Source: Candidatus Poribacteria bacterium
Lineage (GTDB): Bacteria > Poribacteria > WGA-4E > PCPOR2b
Assembly: GCA_965215015.1 (NCBI GenBank)
Contig: OZ244042.1
Coordinates: 2,976,001 to 3,040,000, forward strand
Length of the DNA: 64,000 nucleotides
Reading direction: 5' to 3'
Below, piece by piece: positions 33,481 through 45,186 of the stretch. Positions within the stretch are counted from its first letter, which is position 1. Each line of letters starts with the position of its first letter. The position numbers and the translations under genes were made by a program. The notes under the pieces are model-generated. The model ran no database searches. It had not been told where the DNA came from and saw nothing but the letters and a program-made list of their open reading frames with translations.

Positions 33481-34281
33481 ATGGGGAATCGCTTAAAAGA
33501 TAAAGTGGCAATTGTGACCGGCGCGGGGTCAGTCGGCCCGGGTTGGGGTAACGGCAAGGCGACCGCTGTTCTTTTTGCACGCGAAGGGGCAAAGGTCTTT
33601 GCGATCGACATCAACCTCGCCGCCGCCGAAGAGACGCAGGAGATTATCGATCAAGAGAGAGGGGATTGTACCGCCCATCAGATGGATGTCTCCAAGTCTG
33701 AGGCGGTCCCGGCGATGGTGGAACGCTGCCTTGAAACTTACGGACGTATTGACATCCTTCACAATAACGTCGGTATTCTTGAAATCGGTGGTCCTGTTGA
33801 AGCGAGCGAAGAGAGTTGGGATTTCGTCAACAACGTCAACCTCAAGAGTATCTTCTTGACCTGTAAATATGTACTGCCCCAAATGGAGCGGCAGGGAGGG
33901 GGCGTCATTGTCAATATTTCCTCCATAGCTGGCATCCGCTGGCTGGGGGTGCCCTACATCTCTTACAGCACAACCAAAGGGGCAATCAGGCAGTTCACCC
34001 AGAGCATTGCTATGCAGTACGCGAAAAAGAACATCCGAGCCAACAGCATTCTGCCCGGTTTCATGAACACACCGATGGTGGTGAAGTCACTTGCCGATAG
34101 CTATGCGGACGGAGATGTAGAGAAAATGATTGAGGTACGGAATGCTCTCTGTCCCACCGGAAAGATGGGTGATGCTTGGGATGTGGCGTATGCTGCTCTG
34201 TTTCTCGCCTCAGACGAAGCAAAATACATCACCGGCACCGAACTTGTCGTTGATGGTGGGGCGAGTTGTAAATGCGTTTGA
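33481..34281 (+). CDS. SDR-family oxidoreductase
   Basis: VTGAGS..G.G, HNNVG, NISS, YSTTK, YITG. Confidence 0.92.
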   Translation: MGNRLKDKVAIVTGAGSVGPGWGNGKATAVLFAREGAKVFAIDINLAAAEETQEIIDQERGDCTAHQMDVSKSEAVPAMVERCLETYGRIDILHNNVGILEIGGPVEASEESWDFVNNVNLKSIFLTCKYVLPQMERQGGGVIVNISSIAGIRWLGVPYISYSTTKGAIRQFTQSIAMQYAKKNIRANSILPGFMNTPMVVKSLADSYADGDVEKMIEVRNALCPTGKMGDAWDVAYAALFLASDEAKYITGTELVVDGGASCKCV

Positions 34282-34294
34282 GAAGGAGAGCGAC

Positions 34295-35386
34295 ATGGCG
34301 AAGTATCGTGCAGGGGTTATCGGGCTGGGGTGGATGGGACTGCTCTCCGACCTTGCCGAACGGATTTGGGCTCCGTACAACGTCGATGATGTGGATCGTC
34401 CTACCCCTAAACTCGATATCCACCGTAGATTTCACTTCCACCAACATCATGTACCTCATAGCTGGGCAGAAGTAATGTGGGACCGGCTGGAGGTTGACTT
34501 AGTCGCCGGAGCAGATCGCGACCGGAAGCGGTTGAAAACATTTGGAGAACGCTACGGCGAAGTTGCACTTTACACCGACGCGACTGAGATGTTGCACACG
34601 GAGGCACTCGACATTGTCGCCATTGCTACTAACACAAAAGGGCGCGCTGATTTAACCTGCCTGGCAGTCGCGTGCGGCGTGAAGGGAATTGCGACTGAAA
34701 AACCGATGGCGCACACGCTGGAGGAAGCCGACCGCATGGTTGAGACATGCGCCGCTGCCGGTGTGCCACTCTGCTGCGGTGCGATCCCGGTGAACCATCC
34801 CTCTTACGCTAAAGCGAAGGAATTGGTCAGCAGGGGCACCATTGGCGAGATTCTCTCCATTGAGGCGGAAGGACCAACCTCACAGAAGCAATATTGGTCC
34901 TATTTTGTTGATAGTGCCCCCGCGTGGGTTATCGGTGTTGGTGATCAACCCCGACGTGAATCAGGCAGCGATGAGTTCACCGGACAGGGGTTGATGGTTA
35001 CTGTGGATGGCAAGTTTATCCATTTCCGAAAGGGAGCGGATGTAATCCGTCTGACCGGTGCTGATGGCGAGATACAATTTCACACAGGGCATCCGGGTGG
35101 TTGGCGGTTAGGGCAGGACATTGATACGCCTGAAGGACAGAGGCGTATAGAGATGCCGTGGCCTCCACCTCAATTTATCGGTGGGTATAACGCAGTCTAT
35201 GGACTAGCAGACATTATCGACTGTCTCGAAGGTAGACTTGATGAACCCAAGAACTCCGGTAGGCGGGTTGCCGTGGCACTTGAAGTTGAACTCGGACTAA
35301 AGCAGTCCTCCGCACGGGGAGGTGTGCGCCTTGACTTGCCGCTCAAGGACCGCTCATTGGGTCTTCATTATGATTGGTTCAGATAG
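34295..35386 (+). CDS. Gfo/Idh/MocA oxidoreductase
   Basis: GVIGLGWMG and TEKPMA. Start ATG 34295 after AGGAG. Confidence 0.88.
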   Translation: MAKYRAGVIGLGWMGLLSDLAERIWAPYNVDDVDRPTPKLDIHRRFHFHQHHVPHSWAEVMWDRLEVDLVAGADRDRKRLKTFGERYGEVALYTDATEMLHTEALDIVAIATNTKGRADLTCLAVACGVKGIATEKPMAHTLEEADRMVETCAAAGVPLCCGAIPVNHPSYAKAKELVSRGTIGEILSIEAEGPTSQKQYWSYFVDSAPAWVIGVGDQPRRESGSDEFTGQGLMVTVDGKFIHFRKGADVIRLTGADGEIQFHTGHPGGWRLGQDIDTPEGQRRIEMPWPPPQFIGGYNAVYGLADIIDCLEGRLDEPKNSGRRVAVALEVELGLKQSSARGGVRLDLPLKDRSLGLHYDWFR

Positions 35387-35517
35387 GATTTCTGCTTGGG
35401 TATTACCATTGAATCACACCGTGGTAATATGTTAAAATTTAATTTGATCGGAGCAAGGGTGACTTACTCACGCAGTACTGCATGAAAATCAGTATTAGAA
35501 GGAAGTGTGTGAAAACC

Positions 35518-36329
35518 ATGAAAACCTTATGTCAAACACGGGGCAATTTATCAACGGGTCTACTAATCTTCGTTTGTGCAAGCATCATGTTGTGGCATGT
35601 CAGCACTGACGTTGAAGGACGTATTTGGTCTGGTACGAGGCATATAGATCGACACATCGATGCCCGGTTAAAAGAAGAAGAAATTAAACCATCAAAACAA
35701 TCCAGTGACGCTGAATTTTTGAGGCGTGTGCATTTGGATCTGATATGATTCACGGATATGATCTCCGGTACTTGATGCGGACCCTCCTTAATACCAAAAC
35801 CTATCAACGTACCTCTGAGACGAATAAAAGCAATCAATATGACGACCTCTATTATTCGCACACCTACGTTAAACCGTTGACTGCGGAGCAGTTCTTCTAT
35901 TCAATGTTAGAATCAACCGGGTTTGAGCGACTTCAAAAGCGGCGAGATCGGGGTCAACTGGAAAGCATGAAACGCCGCTATTTGGAACGGTTTCTTTTTC
36001 TGATTGATAACGGCGAGATGGAGGAAATCGAAGCGTTTAACGGCACAGTTCCGCAAGCTTTGATGATGATTAATGGGGCACTGGTCAATGATAGTGGAAA
36101 CCATAGAGCGCGGGGCGGTCTGCTCCACCACATCCTTAAAACGTACCGGACCAAGCGAGCGCGACTCGATCAGATTTACCTTACTACGCTTTCGCGTTAC
36201 CCCCGGACCTCAGAAAGGACCTATTTTGATCGATACCTGCGGTCAAGTCTGTATCGCAACGACGCACTCGCATACGAAGATCTTTACTGGGCACTACTTA
36301 ACTCTGCCGAATTTGCGCTGAATCATTAG
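35518..36329 (+). pseudogene. DUF1549/DUF1553 protein with a large internal deletion and frameshift
   Basis: DUF1549 start (IDRHID...DAEFLRRVHLDL) is joined out of frame to the DUF1553 end (GYDLRYLMRTLLNTKTYQR...VPQALMMIN...EDLYWALLNSAEF). Confidence 0.75.
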
Positions 36330-36394
36330 ACGTGCAATATGACACATTAACCCGTTTAATCAGTGAAATAGAGGTAAAAGGAAAATCACCCATT

Positions 36395-36772
36395 ATGGAA
36401 ATCCATCCGGAAACAACTGAACTTAAGGATATGGTTCAGCACCTCAGCGATCTGGTGGTGCAAGTCTCCAAAGATGTTAACCAAATGCGTGGTGAGTTGA
36501 ACCAGATTAACGAGCGTCTCAGTTCATTGGAGGGACGTATTGGCACGCTCGAAACACGGATGAGTGTGCTTGAGACCCGAATGAGTGCACTTGAAACACG
36601 AGTTGAGACCCGAATGAGTGCGCTTGAAACACGAGTCGAGACCCGAATGAGTGCGCTTGAAACACGAGTCGAAAGACGAATCACGGATATTTTCAAGTGG
36701 ATGGTCGGTATGATGGTGCCGGTCTGGATCGGTATTCTCGTCGCCATCATCACTCAGTTTATCAAAGGATAA
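36395..36772 (+). CDS. Coiled-coil protein with 11-residue repeats and C-terminal transmembrane anchor
   Basis: (ETRMSALETRV)n followed by WMVGMMVPVWIGILVAII. Confidence 0.7.
   Translation: MEIHPETTELKDMVQHLSDLVVQVSKDVNQMRGELNQINERLSSLEGRIGTLETRMSVLETRMSALETRVETRMSALETRVETRMSALETRVERRITDIFKWMVGMMVPVWIGILVAIITQFIKG
36572..36670 (+). repeat. 33-bp coding tandem repeat, three copies
   Basis: Unit gagacccgaatgagtgc(a/g)cttgaaacacgagt(t/c). Confidence 0.9.
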
Positions 36773-36788
36773 AAAAAGAAGGATTGCG

Positions 36789-38105
36789 ATGAAAACACAA
36801 GTTAGAATACCTGAAAGTGAAACGTTCAATTCCCGGGAGAAAGGTGTTTCACGACGTGATTTTCTCAAGTTTGGAGTAAGCAGTTTTCTAGGACTAATTG
36901 CGATGCAGCATTTGCAATCATCGGCGTTGACACTGATGGACGGCCTCAAGGCTCGTGCCAAACATTGCATCGTCCTGTTCATGAACGGCGGTGCTAGCCA
37001 ATTAGATACCTTTGACCCGAAGCCGGATACGCTTAACGCCGGACCTTCGCAGCGATTCCAACAAACGTGGAAGGCATCCAGTTTTCTGAACATCTACCTT
37101 TACTCGCGGAACAAGCGCACCATCTGTCGATCATTCGGTCAATGGTCTCACGTGAGGGAAATCACGAAAGGGCGCGCTATCTGCTCCACACCGGCTACGC
37201 TCCAACCGGCTCTGTGAAGCACCCGACCTTGGGTTCGATCGCCTCGCACTATCTGGACGATAAAGATTTTGAACTGCCCAACTGCGTCAACATCAATGCA
37301 CCCGCTTTTACGAGCGGGTTTCTTAGTGCAGAACATGATCCCTTTATCGTCAGCGATCCGATGAAACCGATTGAAGACCTTGAATATCCCCCGCAGATGG
37401 ATGCACGTCGATTTCATCAGCGACTCCAGATGCTGACAGATTTGGAAAAGGATTTTCTCAAGAAGCGTTCAAATCGGAGTACAGAAGCCCATCAAGCTAT
37501 CTACAAAAAGGCGGACAAGCTGATTAATTCCGCGCACGTGAAGGCGTTTGATCTCTCAGACGAGCCGATAGGGGTGAGAGAAGCCTACGGTATGAATCAA
37601 TTTGGGAACGGCTGCTTGATGGCACGGCGGCTGGTTGAGGCAGGTACGAAATTTGTTGAAGTTTCGCTCGATGGTTGGGATACTCATGACAATAACTCAT
37701 GACAATAACTTTGAGCGGGTCAAAAACCTGCTCGAAACGCTTGACCCTGCCTTCTCGATGCTTGTGACAGATCTTGCCAATCGGGACTTGTTAGATGAAA
37801 CTATCGTCCTGTGGATCGGTGAGTTTGGACGTACTCCCCAAATTAATGAGAATGATGGACGTGACCACTTTCCCAACGGTTGGTCGGTTGTCCTTGCGGG
37901 GGGTGGAATTCGCGGTGGACAGGTGATTGGTGCTACCGATACGGAAGGAATAGAGGTTGTGGATCGCCCTGTTTCCGTCCCGGATCTTTTTGCGTCGCTC
38001 TGTTTTTCGCTCGGTATTGATGCGGAGGATCAAAATTACTCCAGAGGCGGGCGACCAATTCGGGTAGTGAACGACGGGAGCGTTATTAAGGAGTTGTTTG
38101 CTTAA
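36789..38105 (+). pseudogene. DUF1501 Tat-exported protein with two frameshifts
   Basis: SRRDFLK Tat motif, GGASQLDTFDPK, CLMARRLVEAG, GWDTH, GEFGRTP, GRDH spread over three frames. 1-nt loss near 37045 and a 13-bp duplication (actcatgacaata) at ~37682-37707. Confidence 0.85.
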
Positions 38106-38196
38106 TTTGTCAGTGTTTGGGAGTCTAGTGCAACAATCTAAAGGTGCAGATCTGCAATACGAATGATGATTCCAAAGCAAAAGGAGAAATTTAGTT

Positions 38197-38960
38197 GAGA
38201 AGTTTACGGATGATATTACTAGTAGGTTACTTGTGTTTGGTTATGAGGCAATTGCTGCCGAGGCACAAGTTGTAGAGATTTCCGATCCGAGGCTTCGGGA
38301 AGCAATCGAGGAGGCTCTTGGCAAATCCCCGGGGACACTAATTACGGCAAATGATATGCTAACTGTAAGATCGATTGACCGATGGAGTTGGGGGCCTTCC
38401 GATATAGATGAGGGCACGCTTCCTTTTCAGCATGACATTGCCAATCTCAAAGGTCTTTTGGAGGCGATGCTCCCGATAAAACTACACTGCTCGCAAACTA
38501 TCCCAATCCCTTTAACCCAGAGACGTGGATACCGTATCATCTGTCGAACGATGCTGATGTAACACTTACTATTTACGACACAAAAGGCGCGGTCGTACGT
38601 CAATTTCTTTGGGCTATCAACAAGCTAGGTTCTGTTGACATTTGCTCAATTGAACCGATCTCTATTCCGAGTGTTTTCAATGTGTCAGTCAATTTTCCAA
38701 AATTGACAGTGGCTGTCGAGGTGTGAATCTCGACCGACAGGTTCGGCGAGCACGCCCAACCTACAAATTATTGACAGTTACAGATTTCTAATTGGCGATA
38801 GCAAAATGTCAACACGCCCTAGCTACTACGCAGATAGGACAAAAGCCGCTTATTGGGATGGGCTAACAACGTAGGTGAATCAGTGGGAAGTGGGGGCTAT
38901 TTTTGCCAGCCGGAGGTGGAGGATTATTCTGCCATGCGAAAGATGGTTATTCTCAAGTAG
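38197..38960 (+). pseudogene. Remnant of an internalin-like LRR protein with FlgD-like/T9SS-type-A-like C-terminal domain
   Basis: VVEISDPRLREAIEEALGK cap, LRRs deleted, then LLANYPNPFNPETWIPY...YYADRTKAAYWDG...RKMVILK-stop across several frames; interrupted by a MITE. Confidence 0.75.
38628..38819. mobile_element. MITE, family A, inserted in the pseudogene at a duplicated CTAG/TA target
   Basis: caagctag-gttctgttgacattt ... aaaatgtcaacacgcc-ctagctac; removing it restores QQASYYADR. Confidence 0.8.
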
Positions 38961-39084
38961 GAAATGGGGATTTGCATTCCCTATTCGGAGTATTCCCAAA
39001 ACAGATTGTCGGAAGCAGCCGTCTTTGATCGCAAGATTAGATAGGTTGTAGCAAAATCTCGTTACATGTGACTGCCTTGCAAAC

Positions 39085-40176
39085 CTACGCAATTGATGGT
39101 GGCCCTGTATAGCCAATGCTCTCCCAGCCTGCCACATCGCCGCCTTTCAGGCGGTAGGGATGGGGGTAGATTTTAAGAGATCGATCTTCCAACGGCAGGG
39201 AAATCCGTTGATGCCCATGGTGGGCAGACTGTTTTAGGGCAACCGCAATTTCCAATGCTTGACGGTAATCGTGTCCACTGCACAGGGCATCTTCGCTGGT
39301 ATCTACTGCCCTCATAAGCCGTTCAATGGCTGACGTAAACCCGTCTTTTCGAGGACTATCCAGAAATTCCGGCTGAACTGGCGTTGAAGTAGCCCCTTGT
39401 CCTTGAATAAGGACTGGTTTGGGAGAGCTAATCCATACCCGTCCATTCTCACCGGTAACTGAAACAGGGCAGAATACTTTCTGATCGATTTGTGGCTTGA
39501 CGATTTCGCAAACGATCCCACCGGATAGCCCCAAACGACCATAAGCAGGAGAATCGGTCTCTACCGCTGGAAATTCGACAGGCGGCATCCAGCCGGATTG
39601 CGGTGGTAATGCCCATCCTTCTGCCCATTCGATCTCCATGCGAGTGAGCAGCCGCATGATGGTCAGTTGAACACACCCACCACCCGACACCTCTGTCGGC
39701 AGCCCACCGGGAATCGCTGCACCGGTCAGTTGACCGATATTGCCCGCACGAATCCAATCGGCGGTCTCTAACAAATAGGGCGCGTCCCAGTAACCCGTCC
39801 CGCAGCCGAAGGCGGTTCCCCGTTCTCGGCAGGTACGCACCATCTCATCCGCCTGCAATAGCTCAACGGCTATCGGCTTTTCGCATGAAACCGCCTTAAC
39901 ACCCGCTTCAGCGCAGGCGATGACCGTCTCAGGATTATGTCCGACGGGCAAAATAACTGAGACGATGTCAGGCACCTCTTTGGCAAAGAGTTCGTCCACT
40001 GTATCAAAGACGCTCTTGATACCATAATGGTCAGCGAAGGCACCCCGTCTGTCCCGGGCGCGGTCTACCAGTGCGACAATTTCGCACTCTGGATGGTTGG
40101 CGTAAGCGCGCAAATAAAAACGTCCCCAGGTCCCAGCACCCCCGACAACTGCAACGCTGTATTTTTTCGTTGGCAA
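39085..40176 (-). CDS. Gfo/Idh/MocA oxidoreductase
   Basis: AVVGGAGTWG and SCEKPIA. TTG start after AAGGAG. Confidence 0.88.
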   Translation of the reverse strand: MPTKKYSVAVVGGAGTWGRFYLRAYANHPECEIVALVDRARDRRGAFADHYGIKSVFDTVDELFAKEVPDIVSVILPVGHNPETVIACAEAGVKAVSCEKPIAVELLQADEMVRTCRERGTAFGCGTGYWDAPYLLETADWIRAGNIGQLTGAAIPGGLPTEVSGGGCVQLTIMRLLTRMEIEWAEGWALPPQSGWMPPVEFPAVETDSPAYGRLGLSGGIVCEIVKPQIDQKVFCPVSVTGENGRVWISSPKPVLIQGQGATSTPVQPEFLDSPRKDGFTSAIERLMRAVDTSEDALCSGHDYRQALEIAVALKQSAHHGHQRISLPLEDRSLKIYPHPYRLKGGDVAGWESIGYTGPPSIA

Positions 40177-40252
40177 GATGAAACTCCTTTCGTACCTTAG
40201 CATGTACATCGCAGTGAAAACTAGACAACTAGACGGTTGAGCCACCCGTTCA

Positions 40253-41371
40253 TCAAAACCGGTCGGGCCACCAAACGTGCGGATAGCCGAGTGGAAAGAG
40301 GGTTTCCAAAATGGGAATAATTCCCCCGGTTACGGAAACATCGGGATCAATGGCAAGATCTTCGATGCTTCGCCTCCCCATCATCATTTGGATCAGCTTG
40401 TCCTGCGGCATCTCAAGCCGGAAGGCGTTCACCTTACTATTGGTGTGTGCAACGCGCCCCCGATCAACCCCCAAACAATCCTGCCCTAGCTCTGTTGCGA
40501 TCAGAATCTTTCCACTCCACTGTGAGAGATGGGCAGAACGTCGTAGGCGTTTTTCCAATTCACCGGTAATCCGTTTTAAGGTGCTCGATTGGTTGATAAT
40601 CCGCATCATGCCCCCGCGGTCCTTTGGGTTATGAGTATTTGTCCGGCAGCCATAGCGTCGGCAGAAGATAGCAAACGGATGGTCAGCGGGCATTGAGCAT
40701 TCAATTTGTGCTGCCCCAATGCGTTTGGCGCGATCACCAAGAAAGCGGACGATTGTCTCAAAAATCGTCCTATTCTGAAATCCAATGTCACAGAGGATAC
40801 AGTTTTCCTCCGTATCATCGCAGACGAAATAGCCGATTACCTCATCGGCTTCGTTCAGGACAACAAAAGGGTCAGCGGCAACCCCAAAGTCGCTCCCCAT
40901 CTTGAATTCCTTCCAATGGGTCTCGTCTCGCAAAGGTGTACCAGTTCGTTCGGCGTTGTTCGCTGCGTAGAGAGCCAATATTTTCGGCACGTCCTCTACC
41001 TCAAATTGGCGGATTTGATATGTGGAGGTAGCTGCTTGTGCCGCCCCTGTATCAAGCTTCACCCACGTTTCCGGTAGTGCCGTTGCATAGCCGAATTTAG
41101 GGTAGAAGTTTGGGATACCAAACAACATGGCGACATCGAATCCGTTCTCTGTCATGAACACCGTGGAGTTTTCCATGACGCGCCGAGAATATCCTTTGTT
41201 GCGGTGCTCTTCATTGGTGCCGACACCGGCGATGCCGCCCATCTTGAGTTGTGCAGTACCAAATCGCATTCGGTACTCAATAAGCCAGAGGCGACTCACA
41301 TCTTCTTCGTCTTCGGTCGAAAGGGAAATCTTCCAAACATTATCAGTTTGTAATAAGTAGTCAATTTTCAT
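40253..41371 (-). CDS. GNAT acetyltransferase, Eis-like
   Basis: GGIAGVGTNEEHRNKGYS, FYPKFGY and a C-terminal SCP2-like region. Confidence 0.85.
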   Translation of the reverse strand: MKIDYLLQTDNVWKISLSTEDEEDVSRLWLIEYRMRFGTAQLKMGGIAGVGTNEEHRNKGYSRRVMENSTVFMTENGFDVAMLFGIPNFYPKFGYATALPETWVKLDTGAAQAATSTYQIRQFEVEDVPKILALYAANNAERTGTPLRDETHWKEFKMGSDFGVAADPFVVLNEADEVIGYFVCDDTEENCILCDIGFQNRTIFETIVRFLGDRAKRIGAAQIECSMPADHPFAIFCRRYGCRTNTHNPKDRGGMMRIINQSSTLKRITGELEKRLRRSAHLSQWSGKILIATELGQDCLGVDRGRVAHTNSKVNAFRLEMPQDKLIQMMMGRRSIEDLAIDPDVSVTGGIIPILETLFPLGYPHVWWPDRF

Positions 41372-41393
41372 AAAAATTCCTCAATTAGTATTC

Positions 41394-41646
41394 TTGGAGT
41401 TACGCAGTTGAACGTTCAACCCCTCCGTTCCGAGAGTCTTCGCCTTGTAGTTCGGCGATTTATCAAATACCAAGTGTGTCACTTGACAGCGTTTGGTGAA
41501 TGGAGCCGGGGACTGTTGCACGACAGTGTCGGTATCTATACGACTCACAACGCCCGATGAATTGAGCAACTACAGCAAGGACTCTACCAAGAAGCTCCGA
41601 GGGCACACCGATCGGTGGGCCCTATCAATGAAGGGCGTAAGTCCTA
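41394..41646. mobile_element. MITE, family B, inverted orientation
   Basis: ttggagttacgcagttgaacg ... cgcccgatgaattgagcaactacag ... gcgtaagtccta. Confidence 0.7.
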
Positions 41647-41685
41647 TCTCAATATATTAACACAGGTTATATTACGATTAACACA

Positions 41686-42783
41686 TCAATCGGCGCGCCA
41701 CTGCTCCAGGGGATGCCGGCGATCAGCGAGCGGCAATTCGACACGGCGTCCACCTTCGCGGTGGGACTGATAGATCGCCATCATCATCTCAAACGCCCAA
41801 CGTCCCTCCTCCCCGCTACTCGGCGGTTGCGTGTCCGTTTCGATCGCGTGAATCATCCTTTGGTACATGGTGACGATTGGCGCATCAAGCCCCACATCTG
41901 ATAAATCTACTTGCTGCCAATCTGAGAACTGTGCCGGTGCTCCCTCCATCGAACGCGGCAGATGCCACAGGTTGTCCCTCACGTTTGCCGATGCACGCAC
42001 CGCCAACTGTCCCTCCGTTCCGAGAATATCCACGCCGTAATTCTCGCTCATTGTCTTGGCGTAGTTAATAAAGTGCGTTTCACCCCAGATACCGCCTTGG
42101 AAACCGTAGTGCGCTATCGCGCGTGTTCCCATTACCAATCCAGAGTCCCGATCTCGCGGAGACATCTCCTTTGCCTCCATAATGTCCCCGGGTCCGGCGG
42201 GTTGGTCCTCGTTGTAAACCGTTCCCGAACACCACTCCGGAGTCCCACCGAAGCAGAGCATCATGTCGGCGACATGTGTCCCCATCTCCATGAACTCATT
42301 CCCACTTTTGCGCCCGGCTTTGTTTCTCCCACGCACCAAGACAACATCGCCGATAATGCCCTCTCCCACCATCGCCTGCGCTTTCCGGATGCCGGGGTTG
42401 ACATGGTTCTGTTGATTGATAGCAATCTTCGCGCCGGACCTTTCTGCGGCGGCGACCATATCATCCGCTTCAACGAGGTCAATGGCAATCGGTTTCTCGC
42501 ACAAGACGGAAATCCCTCGCCGTAATGCTGTAACCACTGGGGCATGATGGCCTCGCGTCTGTGTAGCGACAGTGACGAGGTCTAAATTTGCCTCGTCGTA
42601 CATCTGATCAAAATCGAGATAACGCGCTTCGACGCCATATTCGTCCCCAGATTGATTGACAGCATCAGGGAAAATATCGCAGAGCGCGACGAGTTCAAAT
42701 TGGGGTAAGTCGTTGAGAACGCGGAGATGGTGGCGTCCCATGCCGCCGCATCCAACGAGTCCTGCACGATAGGTTTTGGACAT
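41686..42783 (-). CDS. Gfo/Idh/MocA oxidoreductase
   Basis: GLVGCGGMG, LCEKPIA, EMGTH. Confidence 0.9.
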   Translation of the reverse strand: MSKTYRAGLVGCGGMGRHHLRVLNDLPQFELVALCDIFPDAVNQSGDEYGVEARYLDFDQMYDEANLDLVTVATQTRGHHAPVVTALRRGISVLCEKPIAIDLVEADDMVAAAERSGAKIAINQQNHVNPGIRKAQAMVGEGIIGDVVLVRGRNKAGRKSGNEFMEMGTHVADMMLCFGGTPEWCSGTVYNEDQPAGPGDIMEAKEMSPRDRDSGLVMGTRAIAHYGFQGGIWGETHFINYAKTMSENYGVDILGTEGQLAVRASANVRDNLWHLPRSMEGAPAQFSDWQQVDLSDVGLDAPIVTMYQRMIHAIETDTQPPSSGEEGRWAFEMMMAIYQSHREGGRRVELPLADRRHPLEQWRAD

Positions 42784-42895
42784 GATTGTGTCTCCTATTG
42801 TGTGAAATCTGAAACGTAATGGGTGATGCGCTTCCGGATAAACTTGTCACAACCTGTAATTGCTAAAGGACATAAGTCCTGAGCTAAAAGAATGA

Positions 42896-42938
42896 AAAAA
42901 GCCGTTTTCCCATGTTACGCGGAGGAAAACGGCTTTTC
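42896..42938 (-). terminator. Intrinsic terminator downstream of thiC (possibly bidirectional)
   Basis: aaagccgttttcc / ggaaaacggcttt stem with T-runs on both strands. Confidence 0.75.
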
Positions 42939-42978
42939 GGCAAGTGCGGGCAAACCAGTGTTTGTTCCTTCTGATTTT

Positions 42979-44907
<1,929 letters not shown>

Positions 44908-44931
44908 CTATGTGGTAAGCAAACGTCGATC

Positions 44932-44968
44932 GAAAAAAAACCGCCTCCCTACATAAGGAAAACGGCTC
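44932..44968 (-). terminator. Expression-platform terminator of the TPP riboswitch (duplicate at ~48124-48160)
   Basis: Minus strand ccgttttcct-tatgt-agggaggcgg followed by tttttttt, in the thiC leader. Confidence 0.7.
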
Positions 44969-45014
44969 AACAATACAAGTCAGGAACAACGAACGTTGCT
45001 CTTTACTCTGAAAC

Positions 45015-45105
45015 TCATATTTCCCTACGCTGGTATTATCCAGATCAGGTCTAAAGGGTATATTCTCAGCTCTCCGGCTCAACCGGAGTGCACCCCAAAG
45101 CATGA
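45015..45105 (-). ncRNA. TPP riboswitch, copy 1, upstream of thiC
   Basis: Minus strand GGGGTGC...GCTGAGAATATACCCTTTAGACCTGATCTGGATAATACCAGCGTAGGGAA matches the THI-box consensus. Confidence 0.95.
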
Positions 45106-45186
45106 TAGCAATGGCGAATTTTCAGTTTCAGCTATTAAGGTATAGGCCGGCGCGTCCTTCTCTCGATGTCGTGAGAAACTGAAGGT

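Noticed and set aside
36551-36680. 33-bp repeats as a CRISPR array
   Set aside because: The repeats are contiguous with no spacers, lie in frame in a coiled-coil ORF, and there are no cas genes.
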